Shown here one piece after another: positions 1-9,630 of a stretch of DNA of 64,000 nucleotides. Positions within the stretch are counted from its first letter, which is position 1, and every line of letters begins with the position of its first letter. Under the pieces are notes generated by a model that ran no database searches, was not told the origin of the DNA, and worked only from the letters and a program-made list of their open reading frames with translations. The stretch lies in contig JAJDCK010000004.1 in assembly GCA_029260855.1 (NCBI GenBank), forward strand, positions 18,312-82,311. The letters run 5' to 3'. The position numbers were made by a program, and so were the translations under genes. This stretch comes from Candidatus Saccharimonadota bacterium (GTDB lineage Bacteria > Patescibacteriota > Saccharimonadia > Saccharimonadales > OFTM59).

Positions 1-69
1 GTAGAATCGTTTGACCAACATGACCACGACCATTAGCGCACGTATAACTAACTAGGGTACAATATACTT

Positions 70-1137
70 ATGGATATTGGCGGAATTTTACTGGGGGCAG
101 TTATAGTTGCTGGGATTGTAGTCCCTGCAATTTATTTCTTTGGCCAAAAATTTATTTTGCAGCTTACCAACACACATGAAGAGAAGCGCAAGGACAGCAA
201 GCAAGAGATTGAGTCCGGTGTTAAAGACATCGTTGCTAACAACCAAAAACTTATTAGCGAAATTATGAAAGGCTTAGAGAAGCAGCTGCAAGGTAGCCGT
301 GAAGAAGTAGGCGATTTACGCAAGCAAAACGCCGCCATCCGCGAACAATTGGCTAATACAGCCAAGATAACCGAAGGGCTGCAAGTGTCTACAGATAGCC
401 TAAAGAACTTGCTGTCAAACAACAGGTTACGTGGTGTTTGGGGTGAGCAAGTGGCCGAAGACTTGTTGCTTGCAGCTGGTTTTGTGGAAGGTTCAAACTT
501 TACGAAACAGTCGGCCACTAGCGAAGGTCGTCCTGACTTCACAATATTATTGCCTGATGGCGCTAAGCTTAACGTGGATGCAAAATTCCCGTTTGACGAT
601 CTGATGGAGTATCAAGAGGCTAAAACTGAGGCAGCCAAGAAACAGGCATTGGCTAAGTTCAGTAACTCCATCAAGATGAAAGTAAAGGGTATAACATCTA
701 AGGACTATATAAATCCGCAAGATCAAACCCTGGATTTTGTAGTGATGTTTATACCGAACGAAATGATATTTAGTTTTATATATGAAAAGATGCCAGAGAT
801 TAATGAATACTGCAACCAGCGCAAAGTGGTGCTTGCTGGGCCATTCGGTTTTACCGCAGTGCTCAGGCTGGTAATGCAGGCGCATAAAAACTTTGGCTAT
901 GAAAAGCATCTGCAGGAAATATTTGGGCTTGTTTCTAAGTTTCAGGAAGAATACGCAAAATTTGGTGACAGCATGCAGAAGCTCGGTAGCCAGTTAACTA
1001 CTGCTCAAAAGACATTTCAGGAGGTAGAAGGCACAAGAAGTCGTCAATTAACAAAAGTAGTCGACCAAATAAGCAATCACTCTGAGCTGCAAATAGACAC
1101 GCCTTCGGTCAAAGGCCCGTTGGAAATTGAGAGATAA
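70..1137 (+). CDS. rmuC: DNA recombination protein RmuC-like
   Basis: N-terminal TM segment, a long coiled-coil region, then the RmuC core with motif RGVWGEQVAEDLL...DFTILLPDGAKLNVDAKFP, which resembles E. coli RmuC (GNWGE...DVIVRLP...IDSK). Confidence 0.7.
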   Translation: MDIGGILLGAVIVAGIVVPAIYFFGQKFILQLTNTHEEKRKDSKQEIESGVKDIVANNQKLISEIMKGLEKQLQGSREEVGDLRKQNAAIREQLANTAKITEGLQVSTDSLKNLLSNNRLRGVWGEQVAEDLLLAAGFVEGSNFTKQSATSEGRPDFTILLPDGAKLNVDAKFPFDDLMEYQEAKTEAAKKQALAKFSNSIKMKVKGITSKDYINPQDQTLDFVVMFIPNEMIFSFIYEKMPEINEYCNQRKVVLAGPFGFTAVLRLVMQAHKNFGYEKHLQEIFGLVSKFQEEYAKFGDSMQKLGSQLTTAQKTFQEVEGTRSRQLTKVVDQISNHSELQIDTPSVKGPLEIER

Positions 1138-1139
1138 TT

Positions 1140-2300
1140 GTGAGGATTGTGATTGTCGGCGGCGGGTTTGCGGGTATTAAGACAGCACTTGAACTGGGCA
1201 ATAAGCCTGGTTTTGAGATTACACTTATTTCAGAACGGGCTAACTTTGAGTATCATGGCGCCCTATACCGTTCTGGCACTGGCCGTTCACCGTTAGAAGT
1301 GGTAATACCTCTGCGCGATATATTGCCGCGAGCTAAGAATGTTACATTTGTCCAAGACAAAATTATAGGGATTGACGCACCGAAGAAACGAGTAATCAGT
1401 GAAACCGGCAACATATATCCTTATGACAGGCTCGTTTTAGCCATGGGCAACGTCGTTAATTATTTTGGTATCAGTAATATGGATGAACTCAGCATGAGCC
1501 TAGACACCATAGCAAACACCATCACATTAAGGCACAGGCTAACAGAGCTGTTTAAAAGTCAAAAGCCAAATATCAAGATTGCTGTCATTGGAGCCGGGCC
1601 CGCCGGCGTAGAGCTTGCGGGCGAGCTTCAGCATTATGCTCGGCTGGTTGCAGAGAAATACAAAAAACAAGTCAAAAAGGTGAGCGTCATACTCGTGGAT
1701 GGTGCGGCTCGAGTATTGCCGACGCTTTTACCTGAGGCATCCAAGAAAGCACTTGCGCGCTTGAGGCGATTAGGTGTGCATGTTCGACTTAATACACAGC
1801 TTAATTCCTGCGAACCCGGTAAGGTTTGTCTGGATAGTGGAGATTTAGAAGCGGATTTGATCGTGTGGACGGCAGGCAGCCATGCCGTCAACTTTTACTC
1901 TAATCATCCTGAAATATTTACAATGGAGCATGGTAGGGTTAGGGTTAACCAATACTTACAGGTAGCAGATAGGCCGGATATTTATGTCCTTGGTGACAAT
2001 GCGTCAACACCGTACTCTGGTATGGCCCAAACAGCTCTGTCTGACGCGAAATTCTTAGCGGCTAATTTGATCCGCGAAAAGGCTGGGCAACCAGTGCAAT
2101 GGTATAAAGCACAAAAACCGATTTATGCGGTGCCCATTGGACCGCATTGGGCGATAATACAAACCGCTACAAAAGTTATGAGTGGTACACGGGCTTGGCT
2201 GGTGCGTCGTCGTGCCGATTTAGCCATCTATCGTAATTTTGAACCATACAAACAAGCGCTTAAGACCTATCGCAAAGGCAACCGGCTGGCCGATTTTTAA
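1140..2300 (+). CDS. ndh: type II NADH dehydrogenase / FAD-dependent pyridine nucleotide-disulfide oxidoreductase
   Basis: N-terminal Rossmann motif IVIVGGGFAG and a second dinucleotide motif IAVIGAGPAGVELAGEL; size 386 aa fits NDH-2. Confidence 0.65.
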   Translation: MRIVIVGGGFAGIKTALELGNKPGFEITLISERANFEYHGALYRSGTGRSPLEVVIPLRDILPRAKNVTFVQDKIIGIDAPKKRVISETGNIYPYDRLVLAMGNVVNYFGISNMDELSMSLDTIANTITLRHRLTELFKSQKPNIKIAVIGAGPAGVELAGELQHYARLVAEKYKKQVKKVSVILVDGAARVLPTLLPEASKKALARLRRLGVHVRLNTQLNSCEPGKVCLDSGDLEADLIVWTAGSHAVNFYSNHPEIFTMEHGRVRVNQYLQVADRPDIYVLGDNASTPYSGMAQTALSDAKFLAANLIREKAGQPVQWYKAQKPIYAVPIGPHWAIIQTATKVMSGTRAWLVRRRADLAIYRNFEPYKQALKTYRKGNRLADF

Positions 2301-2308
2301 AAATAAAA

Positions 2309-3421
2309 CTATCTATGAAAAGCATATCGTTCAATAGCCCAACTTAACGCGGGGTAACAGGATAAACTGACATGACCACCGGGAGTTTGAAGTACTTCAA
2401 CTTGATCCGCTGCGAGATTGGTGACAGATTTTCCTAAGAAATATATTTGATTTACAAATCGTTTTATATCTTCAGGATTGCTGTACAAACGATCTTGATA
2501 TGGAAAATGTAGCGTCATCATGGCTTCCTGCTGATGTTCTAGGGCTGCGACCGTATCTCTTGCGGCTGGATCGGCTTTTTCTAGGCTTCCATGGCTAAAT
2601 GTTTTTGCATCCGTCAATAAACGATTTAATGCATGGTCTTTTCTAAAGCGTTTGGGTGTTCCGTGGGCGTATAAATTGTTTAAACTAGGCTTTGCTTCCG
2701 CTCGCATTTGATCGGTCCGCTTCCAGGGATCATCGGAAACCTGAAGATAAATTTTCTTATCAATGTAATCTCCAGCAGCCATCGTTTCTGCCCATGCATA
2801 CGGGAGAGGGTGATTACTTATATTCGGACGACTTTTTAAGCATGCGTGTGTGATTTGATTTTTATCCAAGGCGCTCATAAGCCCTGTGACTACAGCGGCC
2901 CCAGCTGAGCTTGCTACTAAACGCGTTACTAAATAATCAGATGCTTTTAAGGCTCGTGCCATGGCCTGAAGAGTAGGTAGGGGTTGGTCTTCGTATGTAA
3001 ATCTTCCGTAACACTGCAAATATACACGCTCCACCTTATCCCAGTCACTAGAATTACCGACACCTGGGCGTGCGATCAACAGGCGTGGACGGTCGTGAGC
3101 CGCGCTATGTGCAGCAAATTCCAGTGCAACACGCGGGTGACCGCTTAAACTGGTGGTTAAAGGAGATATTTCAGCATCTATGCCGTGAGACCAAGTAGAG
3201 CCCTGATTAGCTAAACCGACCTCAAAGACTTTTTCCGTAATAGGGTCTTGAATTACCCCATAAGTTCCATTTATATCATCAAGTGCCGCAAGGTAATTAT
3301 TATGTACTATGCTCGGACGCTCTAGCCACAAAGCCTCACTTTTTAGTTGCCCTTCTTCAAAGAAAGATCTTTCGACATTAAACTGCTCGCTATTGCCATA
3401 AGTGTATTTGTTGCATGGCAT
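2309..3421 (-). CDS. hypothetical protein, possible alpha/beta-hydrolase fold
   Basis: 370-aa ORF with no recognisable family. It has an oxyanion-like RPGVGNSSDW, a nucleophile-elbow-like LVASSAGAAVV about 75 aa later, then candidate Asp (QVSDDPW) and His (YAHGT). Confidence 0.3.
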   Translation of the reverse strand: MPCNKYTYGNSEQFNVERSFFEEGQLKSEALWLERPSIVHNNYLAALDDINGTYGVIQDPITEKVFEVGLANQGSTWSHGIDAEISPLTTSLSGHPRVALEFAAHSAAHDRPRLLIARPGVGNSSDWDKVERVYLQCYGRFTYEDQPLPTLQAMARALKASDYLVTRLVASSAGAAVVTGLMSALDKNQITHACLKSRPNISNHPLPYAWAETMAAGDYIDKKIYLQVSDDPWKRTDQMRAEAKPSLNNLYAHGTPKRFRKDHALNRLLTDAKTFSHGSLEKADPAARDTVAALEHQQEAMMTLHFPYQDRLYSNPEDIKRFVNQIYFLGKSVTNLAADQVEVLQTPGGHVSLSCYPALSWAIERYAFHR

Positions 3422-3452
3422 AACTGTTTAAGGACTAAACTGCTAATTAAAA

Positions 3453-4292
3453 TTAACTCGTCTTATCGCGAAGCATAGTAAGCTGACCAAGCATACGTTC
3501 AATAACGGACTTTTGGTCAACCTCTACGGGTAAACCATCAAGACAAAGTAATCTGGGTGAAGGCTCTAATCCGATAACAATATTGCGGGGAGCACTCGTG
3601 TCGGGCAAGAACTCTCCGGTATCTTCCCAGAGCCTAAGGCCTTGGACGGCTAAGTCATGAAGCTGGTCCTCAATGCCTGGGTATCCGGCTTTTAATATCT
3701 CAAGCTTTTCCGCATCAACCTCTTCCTTGTATGGATGGAATAACTTCGGGTCATATAACTTTGGACAGAACTCCTGCGCTGTTATAACAGCGGTTTCGCC
3801 AGGCTTTATAGGATGTTTACCAACATAGCTTACCTGAGGCAAAACCATCGGTCCTAAATAATCCCTTAATAGCTTATGTTGCATGTTAAAGCCGATCGCT
3901 GTACTTAGGCGATCACTTCCGTTCATACGCACACTTCTACGATGTGCCTTTAAGATATCGTGTGGATCATTAACATTTACAACTGCAGTGTGTAGAGTGC
4001 CAGCTCCTTCAAATCTAAAACCATTACCTGTCATTTCATCAAGATCGACCCCAATCATCTTCGCAGTTGTGTACGGAAACGCCTGAACAAACTCCACAAT
4101 AGCCGTTTCATAAATTTTACCTGCAAGAGTCATTTGTCCAATGTGATGAAGTCGTGATTCAAGCTGTTCTTCGCCAGCCTGCACGCACGCAAAATTACGC
4201 TCAATTTCGTCAACAACTTCTGCTACGTACTTCATATAAGCAATTATAACACATACTAGACACATATACAACAGAAATGTTGCTACAACCAC
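3453..4292 (-). CDS. hypothetical protein (start possibly at internal Met near 4235)
   Basis: Long ORF co-directional with the GH63-like gene with a 17-bp gap; no motif recognised. Confidence 0.3.
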   Translation of the reverse strand: MVVATFLLYMCLVCVIIAYMKYVAEVVDEIERNFACVQAGEEQLESRLHHIGQMTLAGKIYETAIVEFVQAFPYTTAKMIGVDLDEMTGNGFRFEGAGTLHTAVVNVNDPHDILKAHRRSVRMNGSDRLSTAIGFNMQHKLLRDYLGPMVLPQVSYVGKHPIKPGETAVITAQEFCPKLYDPKLFHPYKEEVDAEKLEILKAGYPGIEDQLHDLAVQGLRLWEDTGEFLPDTSAPRNIVIGLEPSPRLLCLDGLPVEVDQKSVIERMLGQLTMLRDKTS

Positions 4293-4309
4293 AGACTTTA
4301 AAAATTAAC

Positions 4310-5620
4310 TTATTTAAGTAAATCAATGGTTAGGGCTGCGGTCCAGGAAAAGTTGTGAGCGCCAGCGGGGGTGCCGTCTAGCGGAGAAAAATATTCTCTA
4401 AAGCCACCTTTGGCGACCATTTCAATAGTAGATTCTGCTAGGGCCAGCGCATGGTCTTTAAAGCCGTTTCTCTTTAGACCATCAATAATCAGCCAATTCA
4501 TATTTGCCCAGACTGGACCCTGCCAATAACCATGTTCTTTAAACCATGACGAATTGATAGGTACTGTGGGCACAGGATAAGCTGGGCCAAAGATATGACG
4601 GTTTTCTAGATGCTTAACTAGTACTGTGGCGCGTTCTTTGCTGATACAGCCAGCATAAAGTGGCAATAGAGTGGCAATGCTCGGCTCTTTGATAAGTTTA
4701 TGAGTAGTAAAGTGACGCGAGTAATATTGATTGCTGTAGGGATCCCAAAGCTTCTCCAGGGCGTCTTCGGTCTTTTTCATTTGCGTAAGTAGGTCTTCTG
4801 GTAGATCTATTTTGATCGTTGAGGCTATTTTGGTTAGTAGCTTGTCGGCTCTTATAAGAATACAGTTAAAGTTCAAGTCTTCAATCGCAAACAAAGAATG
4901 GTCTAGGATGCGATTGGTATCATAGCCCTTGCGACGTAAACGTCTCTGTGTACTAAATAATACAAGCGCATCAAGATTAGACATGCGTTGCACAGCTGGA
5001 ATAAAATGGGTGTCTCGCCTGAATAAATTAATCAATACATCCAACCGTAGTTTATCTACGACTCTAATCCAAACTGGTAGCTGGTGGTCGCGAAGCCCGC
5101 GCATCCATGGCGGAGTATTATCTAGGCCGGATTCCCACGGATGCAGAAGCAGGACCAGGCCTTCTTGGTGCGGATCTCTCTCGCTGTGTAGCCATTGGTG
5201 AAAAGCTAACAGAGCTGGAAAAGTCTTTTTATACCAAGTGCGACGTTCTGGTAATGACAACTTTTGGCCAATACGATATATGGCCTCAGCAAGCATCGGT
5301 GGCTGAGTTATGCCGGTGGTATCTACATGATCCGGTGCGTTTGGGTTGATCCAGCTGCGCCAAATGTTGTGGTCGCGTCTGTATCCCGGAGCCATGACTA
5401 TATTAGGCAGCATTCCGTTATGCCACTGCCCGCTCAAGAGGTGCAAAATCTCAGTTTGAGCCCGATCAATATCATAATGTCGCTGGCCGATTGCGATAAA
5501 ACAGCTATCCCACAGCCACTGGTGCGGATACGGCCCTTCAGCAGGAACAGTATATGAACCCTGGTCGTTCATTTCTAAAACTGACTTTGCTTGCTTTAAA
5601 AGCTCCAGCTGTTCGTTCAT
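4310..5620 (-). CDS. GH63-like (alpha/alpha)6-barrel glycoside hydrolase (mannosylglycerate/glucosylglycerate hydrolase or GDE_C-like)
   Basis: Motifs PHQWLWDSCFIAIG and GPVWANMNWLIIDGL are typical of the GH63 / amylo-alpha-1,6-glucosidase C-terminal barrel family; size 436 aa. Confidence 0.5.
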   Translation of the reverse strand: MNEQLELLKQAKSVLEMNDQGSYTVPAEGPYPHQWLWDSCFIAIGQRHYDIDRAQTEILHLLSGQWHNGMLPNIVMAPGYRRDHNIWRSWINPNAPDHVDTTGITQPPMLAEAIYRIGQKLSLPERRTWYKKTFPALLAFHQWLHSERDPHQEGLVLLLHPWESGLDNTPPWMRGLRDHQLPVWIRVVDKLRLDVLINLFRRDTHFIPAVQRMSNLDALVLFSTQRRLRRKGYDTNRILDHSLFAIEDLNFNCILIRADKLLTKIASTIKIDLPEDLLTQMKKTEDALEKLWDPYSNQYYSRHFTTHKLIKEPSIATLLPLYAGCISKERATVLVKHLENRHIFGPAYPVPTVPINSSWFKEHGYWQGPVWANMNWLIIDGLKRNGFKDHALALAESTIEMVAKGGFREYFSPLDGTPAGAHNFSWTAALTIDLLK

Positions 5621-5659
5621 TTAATAACAGTATAACGTACATGCTTCCGGCACAGATAG

Positions 5660-6451
5660 TTAGAGCATCTTTGAGACTGGTTGCGCGCTTTTCCAAAGTG
5701 CTATAAAGATAGACCTTTGCGTGTTTACGAACTGGTCGCTCTCTATCTCAAAACCATTAATCTCCCTTCCTTTTAAGTACATCTGAGTATACACATTGTT
5801 ATAAATGAATGTTTCTCCTTTAATAGGAACATCTTTTTTATTAATGGCACGAATGTTTTCAATTGTTGTCCGTGACGTAGATGAGCCTAGATTGGTTTTA
5901 ATTGAATCAAGCACACGAGTATAGGGGTTAATTAATACGTGTTCACTAAAACTACGACGATATGATTCACTAACGAAACTTTTATAAAATCTAGCTCCAA
6001 CATAATTGCTCCGTCCCCATTCGCTATATACGCAGACCACATCTTTAGCCTTTAATGTATTCCACATCAACTGTCGAGCACCAGCCACGCCTTTGTAATA
6101 TCTAACAGTCGTTGGTTGTTGAGTACCGCTTTCTTCAGATAATGCAATTGTTTTTTCAAGCCGCTGTAATATCTTTGCCTGCTCCTGGATCTGAACAACT
6201 CGTTCTCTGAGAACATGTTTCATCACGCTTACTGAATATGGCTGCAAGGTCTTGTACCCGTCCTTTATTACTTCTTCTGCTAGCCCGAGCTTAAGAAGGA
6301 CGTTCAAATTTTCATAAACGGAACTACGAGGCGTTTGTGTGAAACGAGCAATTTCCGCAATACGCAAATTTGGATATTTCAGCAATGTTACATATAACTC
6401 TGCTTGCTTATTGGTGAGACCGAGTTTCTCTAGCTCGCTAAGTGTGTTCAT
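5660..6451 (-). CDS. TrmB-family sugar-responsive transcriptional regulator
   Basis: N-terminal winged HTH LSELEKLGLTNKQAELYVTLLKYPNLRIAEIARFTQTPRSSVYENLNVLLKLGL plus a C-terminal TrmB-like domain. Start chosen at MNTLSEL (6451) rather than the upstream ORF start at 6517. Confidence 0.6.
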   Translation of the reverse strand: MNTLSELEKLGLTNKQAELYVTLLKYPNLRIAEIARFTQTPRSSVYENLNVLLKLGLAEEVIKDGYKTLQPYSVSVMKHVLRERVVQIQEQAKILQRLEKTIALSEESGTQQPTTVRYYKGVAGARQLMWNTLKAKDVVCVYSEWGRSNYVGARFYKSFVSESYRRSFSEHVLINPYTRVLDSIKTNLGSSTSRTTIENIRAINKKDVPIKGETFIYNNVYTQMYLKGREINGFEIESDQFVNTQRSIFIALWKSAQPVSKML

Positions 6452-6467
6452 AAAAATATTTTCTGAT

Positions 6468-6490
6468 ATGACGACTATGTCCGTCGTCAT
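6468..6490. promoter_or_regulatory. perfect inverted repeat ATGACGAC-N7-GTCGTCAT in the trmB / pyrD-like divergent region; candidate operator
   Basis: Seen directly: 8-bp arms are exact reverse complements, 17 bp upstream of the TrmB-family start codon. Confidence 0.4.
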
Positions 6491-6549
6491 CTTTGCGTAT
6501 ATTTCAGTAGAACACATACTTCAATATATATCAATCAGGAGCATGCACT

Positions 6550-7431
6550 ATGTCATACAAATCCAGCGGAATTAAAATAAATATTCCAGTAATGAACGCT
6601 GCTTGCAGCATCACAAAAAGCATGGAAGACCTGGAGGCGCTTTTAGCAACGAGAGCTGATACTGTAGTCTTGGGATCGGTCACTTGGCTTGGTCGTCAAG
6701 CGAACCCAGAACCAAACTGGTTTGCCGGCGATGATCAAGGATTTGCACTTAATAGCGTCAGTATGCCGAATGAAGGCCATGAATGGTACCAAACAAATTT
6801 GCCCGAAATGGTTGAACGTACACATGCGGCTGGAAAGCGCCTGTTACTAAACGTAGCGGGCTTTAGTACAGATGAATATTCTCAACTTGCTGAGATGGCT
6901 AAAAATGGCAACGTAGATGGGGTTGAGTTTAATCTTGGATGCCCGAACACGGTTGAAGCGGGGTGGCAAAATCCAATTTTTAGTTTTGATGTAGATGCGC
7001 TTCAGATTGTATTGAGAGGGGCAGATAGAATTCTCTCGCCGAAAACACCTTACATGGTAAAATTATCACCTTATAGCAATCCGGCAGAGTTAAGCCGGGT
7101 TGCGAGCGTTATTGGCGAATCAAAGGCGGGTGGGGTTGTAACTACCAATACTTTTCCTAATAGCTATTGGCAAAACAATGCGGGCCGCGCGGTAATTTTG
7201 CCGAACAATGGACTGGCCGGTATGAGCGGTGAAGCCATGCTACCAATCGGTCTCGGTCAGGTAAAGCAGTTTAGGCAGCAACTGCCGGAGTCTAAAATCG
7301 TGATTGGCGTTGGCGGCATTACACGACCCGAGCATATAGAACAATATCTTCGCGCAGGAGCTGCAGCAGTGCAGGTGGCTACATATATCGTTAGAAACGG
7401 ACATCAGGCAATTAACGATTTGATTATGTAA
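6550..7431 (+). CDS. dihydroorotate dehydrogenase family protein (class 1 DHOD / dihydropyrimidine dehydrogenase-like)
   Basis: NLGCPNT active-site motif, GVGGI and GAAAVQVATY C-terminal FMN-binding motifs; AGGAG RBS 8 nt upstream. Confidence 0.6.
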   Translation: MSYKSSGIKINIPVMNAACSITKSMEDLEALLATRADTVVLGSVTWLGRQANPEPNWFAGDDQGFALNSVSMPNEGHEWYQTNLPEMVERTHAAGKRLLLNVAGFSTDEYSQLAEMAKNGNVDGVEFNLGCPNTVEAGWQNPIFSFDVDALQIVLRGADRILSPKTPYMVKLSPYSNPAELSRVASVIGESKAGGVVTTNTFPNSYWQNNAGRAVILPNNGLAGMSGEAMLPIGLGQVKQFRQQLPESKIVIGVGGITRPEHIEQYLRAGAAAVQVATYIVRNGHQAINDLIM

Positions 7432-7437
7432 ATGATG

Positions 7438-7932
7438 TTAGCGGTAGTTTGTGAAGCTTAATGGAAAATCAAAGTCTTGAGCGCGTAGCAGTTGCATGAC
7501 CCCCTGCAGGTCGTCTTTACTGCCGCTCGTGACTCGCACTGCATCACCCTGAATCTGTGCTTTTGCTTTTGGAAATTTTTCTCTGAGCAGGGCGGTAATC
7601 TTCTTGGCTTTTTCTTGATCTAAGCCTTGTTTAAAAGGTACTTCTTTAGTCGTTTTCAGGTTACTTGTTACGGGCTCCTTTGAAATATCCAGGACCTTCT
7701 GACTTTGATTGCGGGCAGCCAGCTTTTTGCGCACAATGTCTATAATCGCATCAATTTGAAAGTCACTATTGCCGGTAATCTTAAAACCGTTTTTATCGTC
7801 TTGCCACTCAAGGGCAGCCGGTGTGTTCTTAAAGTCATAGCGATTATCTATTTCGCGCTGAACCTGGTCAAAGACGTTGTTCATCTCCGCCTTATCATAT
7901 TCACTAACCACATCAAACGAAAACTGCGCCAT
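7438..7932 (-). CDS. yajQ: YajQ family nucleotide-binding protein (UPF0234)
   Basis: Near-collinear with E. coli YajQ: MAQFSFDVVSEYD..., ...IQGDAVRVTSGSKDDLQGVMQLLR. Confidence 0.75.
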   Translation of the reverse strand: MAQFSFDVVSEYDKAEMNNVFDQVQREIDNRYDFKNTPAALEWQDDKNGFKITGNSDFQIDAIIDIVRKKLAARNQSQKVLDISKEPVTSNLKTTKEVPFKQGLDQEKAKKITALLREKFPKAKAQIQGDAVRVTSGSKDDLQGVMQLLRAQDFDFPLSFTNYR

Positions 7933-7955
7933 AACTGTATGGTACCATATCTGTT

Positions 7956-8552
7956 ATGAAGATTGTGGTTGTTTCGGGGAGCATGCGCGACAAATCTCAA
8001 AGCTATAGTGTTGCTGAATATTTACAGAAACGACTGGCTGGCATGGAGTTGGATGCAGACCTGGTGGATCTAAATAAGCAACGGTTGCCTCTGTTTGATG
8101 ATAGTGACACTGGCGAGTGGCAGAAAATTTGGGAGCCAATGGAAGAAGTCTTAGCCAAAGCTGATGGGTTTGTATTTGTGACGCCGGAGTGGGACGGCAT
8201 GTTTAGTGCGGGTCTGCACAACCTGTTCAACTATGTGGCGTCCGGATCTGACAAAAACACGATGGCGCACAAACCTGTCATGTTGGTCGGTGTGAGCAGT
8301 GGCATGGGTGGCGCGTATCCATTAGCCCAGCTGCGAATGACTGGGCCAAAAAATACGCACTTTGTTGTATCGCCGGAGAACTTACGGATTGCACAGGTCA
8401 AAGAAGTGTTAGTAGACGGCGAAATCGTGGTGGATGGTGTGCGCGAACGGGCCGAGTATTCGCTCAAAGTATTGATTGAGTATGCCAAGGCACTCAAGCC
8501 AATCCGTGAGTCCGATATACTAGACCTCAAAAAATTTGGCAGCGGCCAGTAG
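7956..8552 (+). CDS. NAD(P)H-dependent FMN reductase (flavodoxin-like fold)
   Basis: MKIVVVSGSMRDKSQSY start and FVFVTPEWDGMFSAGLHN motif. Confidence 0.6.
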   Translation: MKIVVVSGSMRDKSQSYSVAEYLQKRLAGMELDADLVDLNKQRLPLFDDSDTGEWQKIWEPMEEVLAKADGFVFVTPEWDGMFSAGLHNLFNYVASGSDKNTMAHKPVMLVGVSSGMGGAYPLAQLRMTGPKNTHFVVSPENLRIAQVKEVLVDGEIVVDGVRERAEYSLKVLIEYAKALKPIRESDILDLKKFGSGQ

Positions 8553-8595
8553 GGGTTCAAAAACTTTACCCCTTGTCGTATACTGTTTGACAGAT

Positions 8596-9630
8596 ATGAG
8601 CTACAAAATTGCGGAAATTGCGAATGCTGCTGAGGTGCTGAAAAAGCGCCTGGCTAAGCTTGAGAATCGGGCTGATGTTTTGAAGGCGATTGAACTCAGG
8701 GCGCTGTATGAAGAGATCAAGACGCTGCCACCGGAGAAGCGGGCTGCGTTTGGCAAAGAAGTGAACCTGTTGAAGCAAGAACTTCAGGAATTAGCAGAAA
8801 GCAGTAAGCAGAAAGAAGTAAGCAAAGATCCAATTGATGTGACTGCGCCATTTGATGTGAACGTGCCGACGGACAAACGCCCGCAACTTCTCGCCAGCGA
8901 CAAAGGTAGCAAACACCCTATCATGAAAGAGATTGAAATTCTAAGCGACATCGCTCAGCGCATGGGCATGGAAGTTGTGGAGAGTCGACACCTTGACGAT
9001 GATTGGCACATGTTTACGAGTCTGAACTTTCCTAAAGATCATCCGGCGCGTGATGATTACGATACCTTTATGACCATGGAGGGCTTCATTGCCCCAGCGC
9101 ATACCAGCACTATGCAAAATCGAATTATTAGCGCTCGGAAGAAACAGCTGGAAGCAGGCGAGCCAATTTCTGTGCTGGTTCCTGACCGTGTGTTTCGTAA
9201 CGAAGACTTGGATGCGCGGCACGAGCACACCTTTCATCAGCACGAGGGCGTGTATGTAGGCAAAGACGTACATGTCGGGCAGCTGCTAGCAACACTCAAG
9301 ACGTTCCTGCAGGAGTATTTTGGCAAAGAGCTGGAGATTAAGACCCAGCCGTTCTACTTTCCTTTTACTGAGCCGAGCTTTGAGTTTGCCGTTAGCTGCC
9401 CGTTCTGTGATAAGGCTGGCTGTAAAGTCTGTGGCGAAGGCTGGATGGAAATCCTTGGGTGCGGTTTGATTCACCCGAATGTTCTAAGAATGGCTGGCGT
9501 TGATCCGACCCTGTACACCGGTTTTGCTTGGGGCGGCGGCGTGGAGCGCCTAGTGATGGTCAAATACAACATTGATGATGTCCGCTATTTCATGTCCGGC
9601 AAACTAGACTTTTTGAGGCAGTTTGTATGA
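8596..9630 (+). CDS. pheS: phenylalanine--tRNA ligase alpha subunit
   Basis: Class II aaRS motifs FRNEDLDARHEHTFHQHEG and GFAWGGGVERL; start taken at MSYKIAEI (8596) inside the longer ORF. Confidence 0.85.
   Translation: MSYKIAEIANAAEVLKKRLAKLENRADVLKAIELRALYEEIKTLPPEKRAAFGKEVNLLKQELQELAESSKQKEVSKDPIDVTAPFDVNVPTDKRPQLLASDKGSKHPIMKEIEILSDIAQRMGMEVVESRHLDDDWHMFTSLNFPKDHPARDDYDTFMTMEGFIAPAHTSTMQNRIISARKKQLEAGEPISVLVPDRVFRNEDLDARHEHTFHQHEGVYVGKDVHVGQLLATLKTFLQEYFGKELEIKTQPFYFPFTEPSFEFAVSCPFCDKAGCKVCGEGWMEILGCGLIHPNVLRMAGVDPTLYTGFAWGGGVERLVMVKYNIDDVRYFMSGKLDFLRQFV

Noticed and set aside
6452-6517. Upstream extension of the TrmB-family ORF (start at 6517)
   Set aside because: The HTH begins right after the internal Met at 6451. 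The extension would also swallow the palindromic operator candidate
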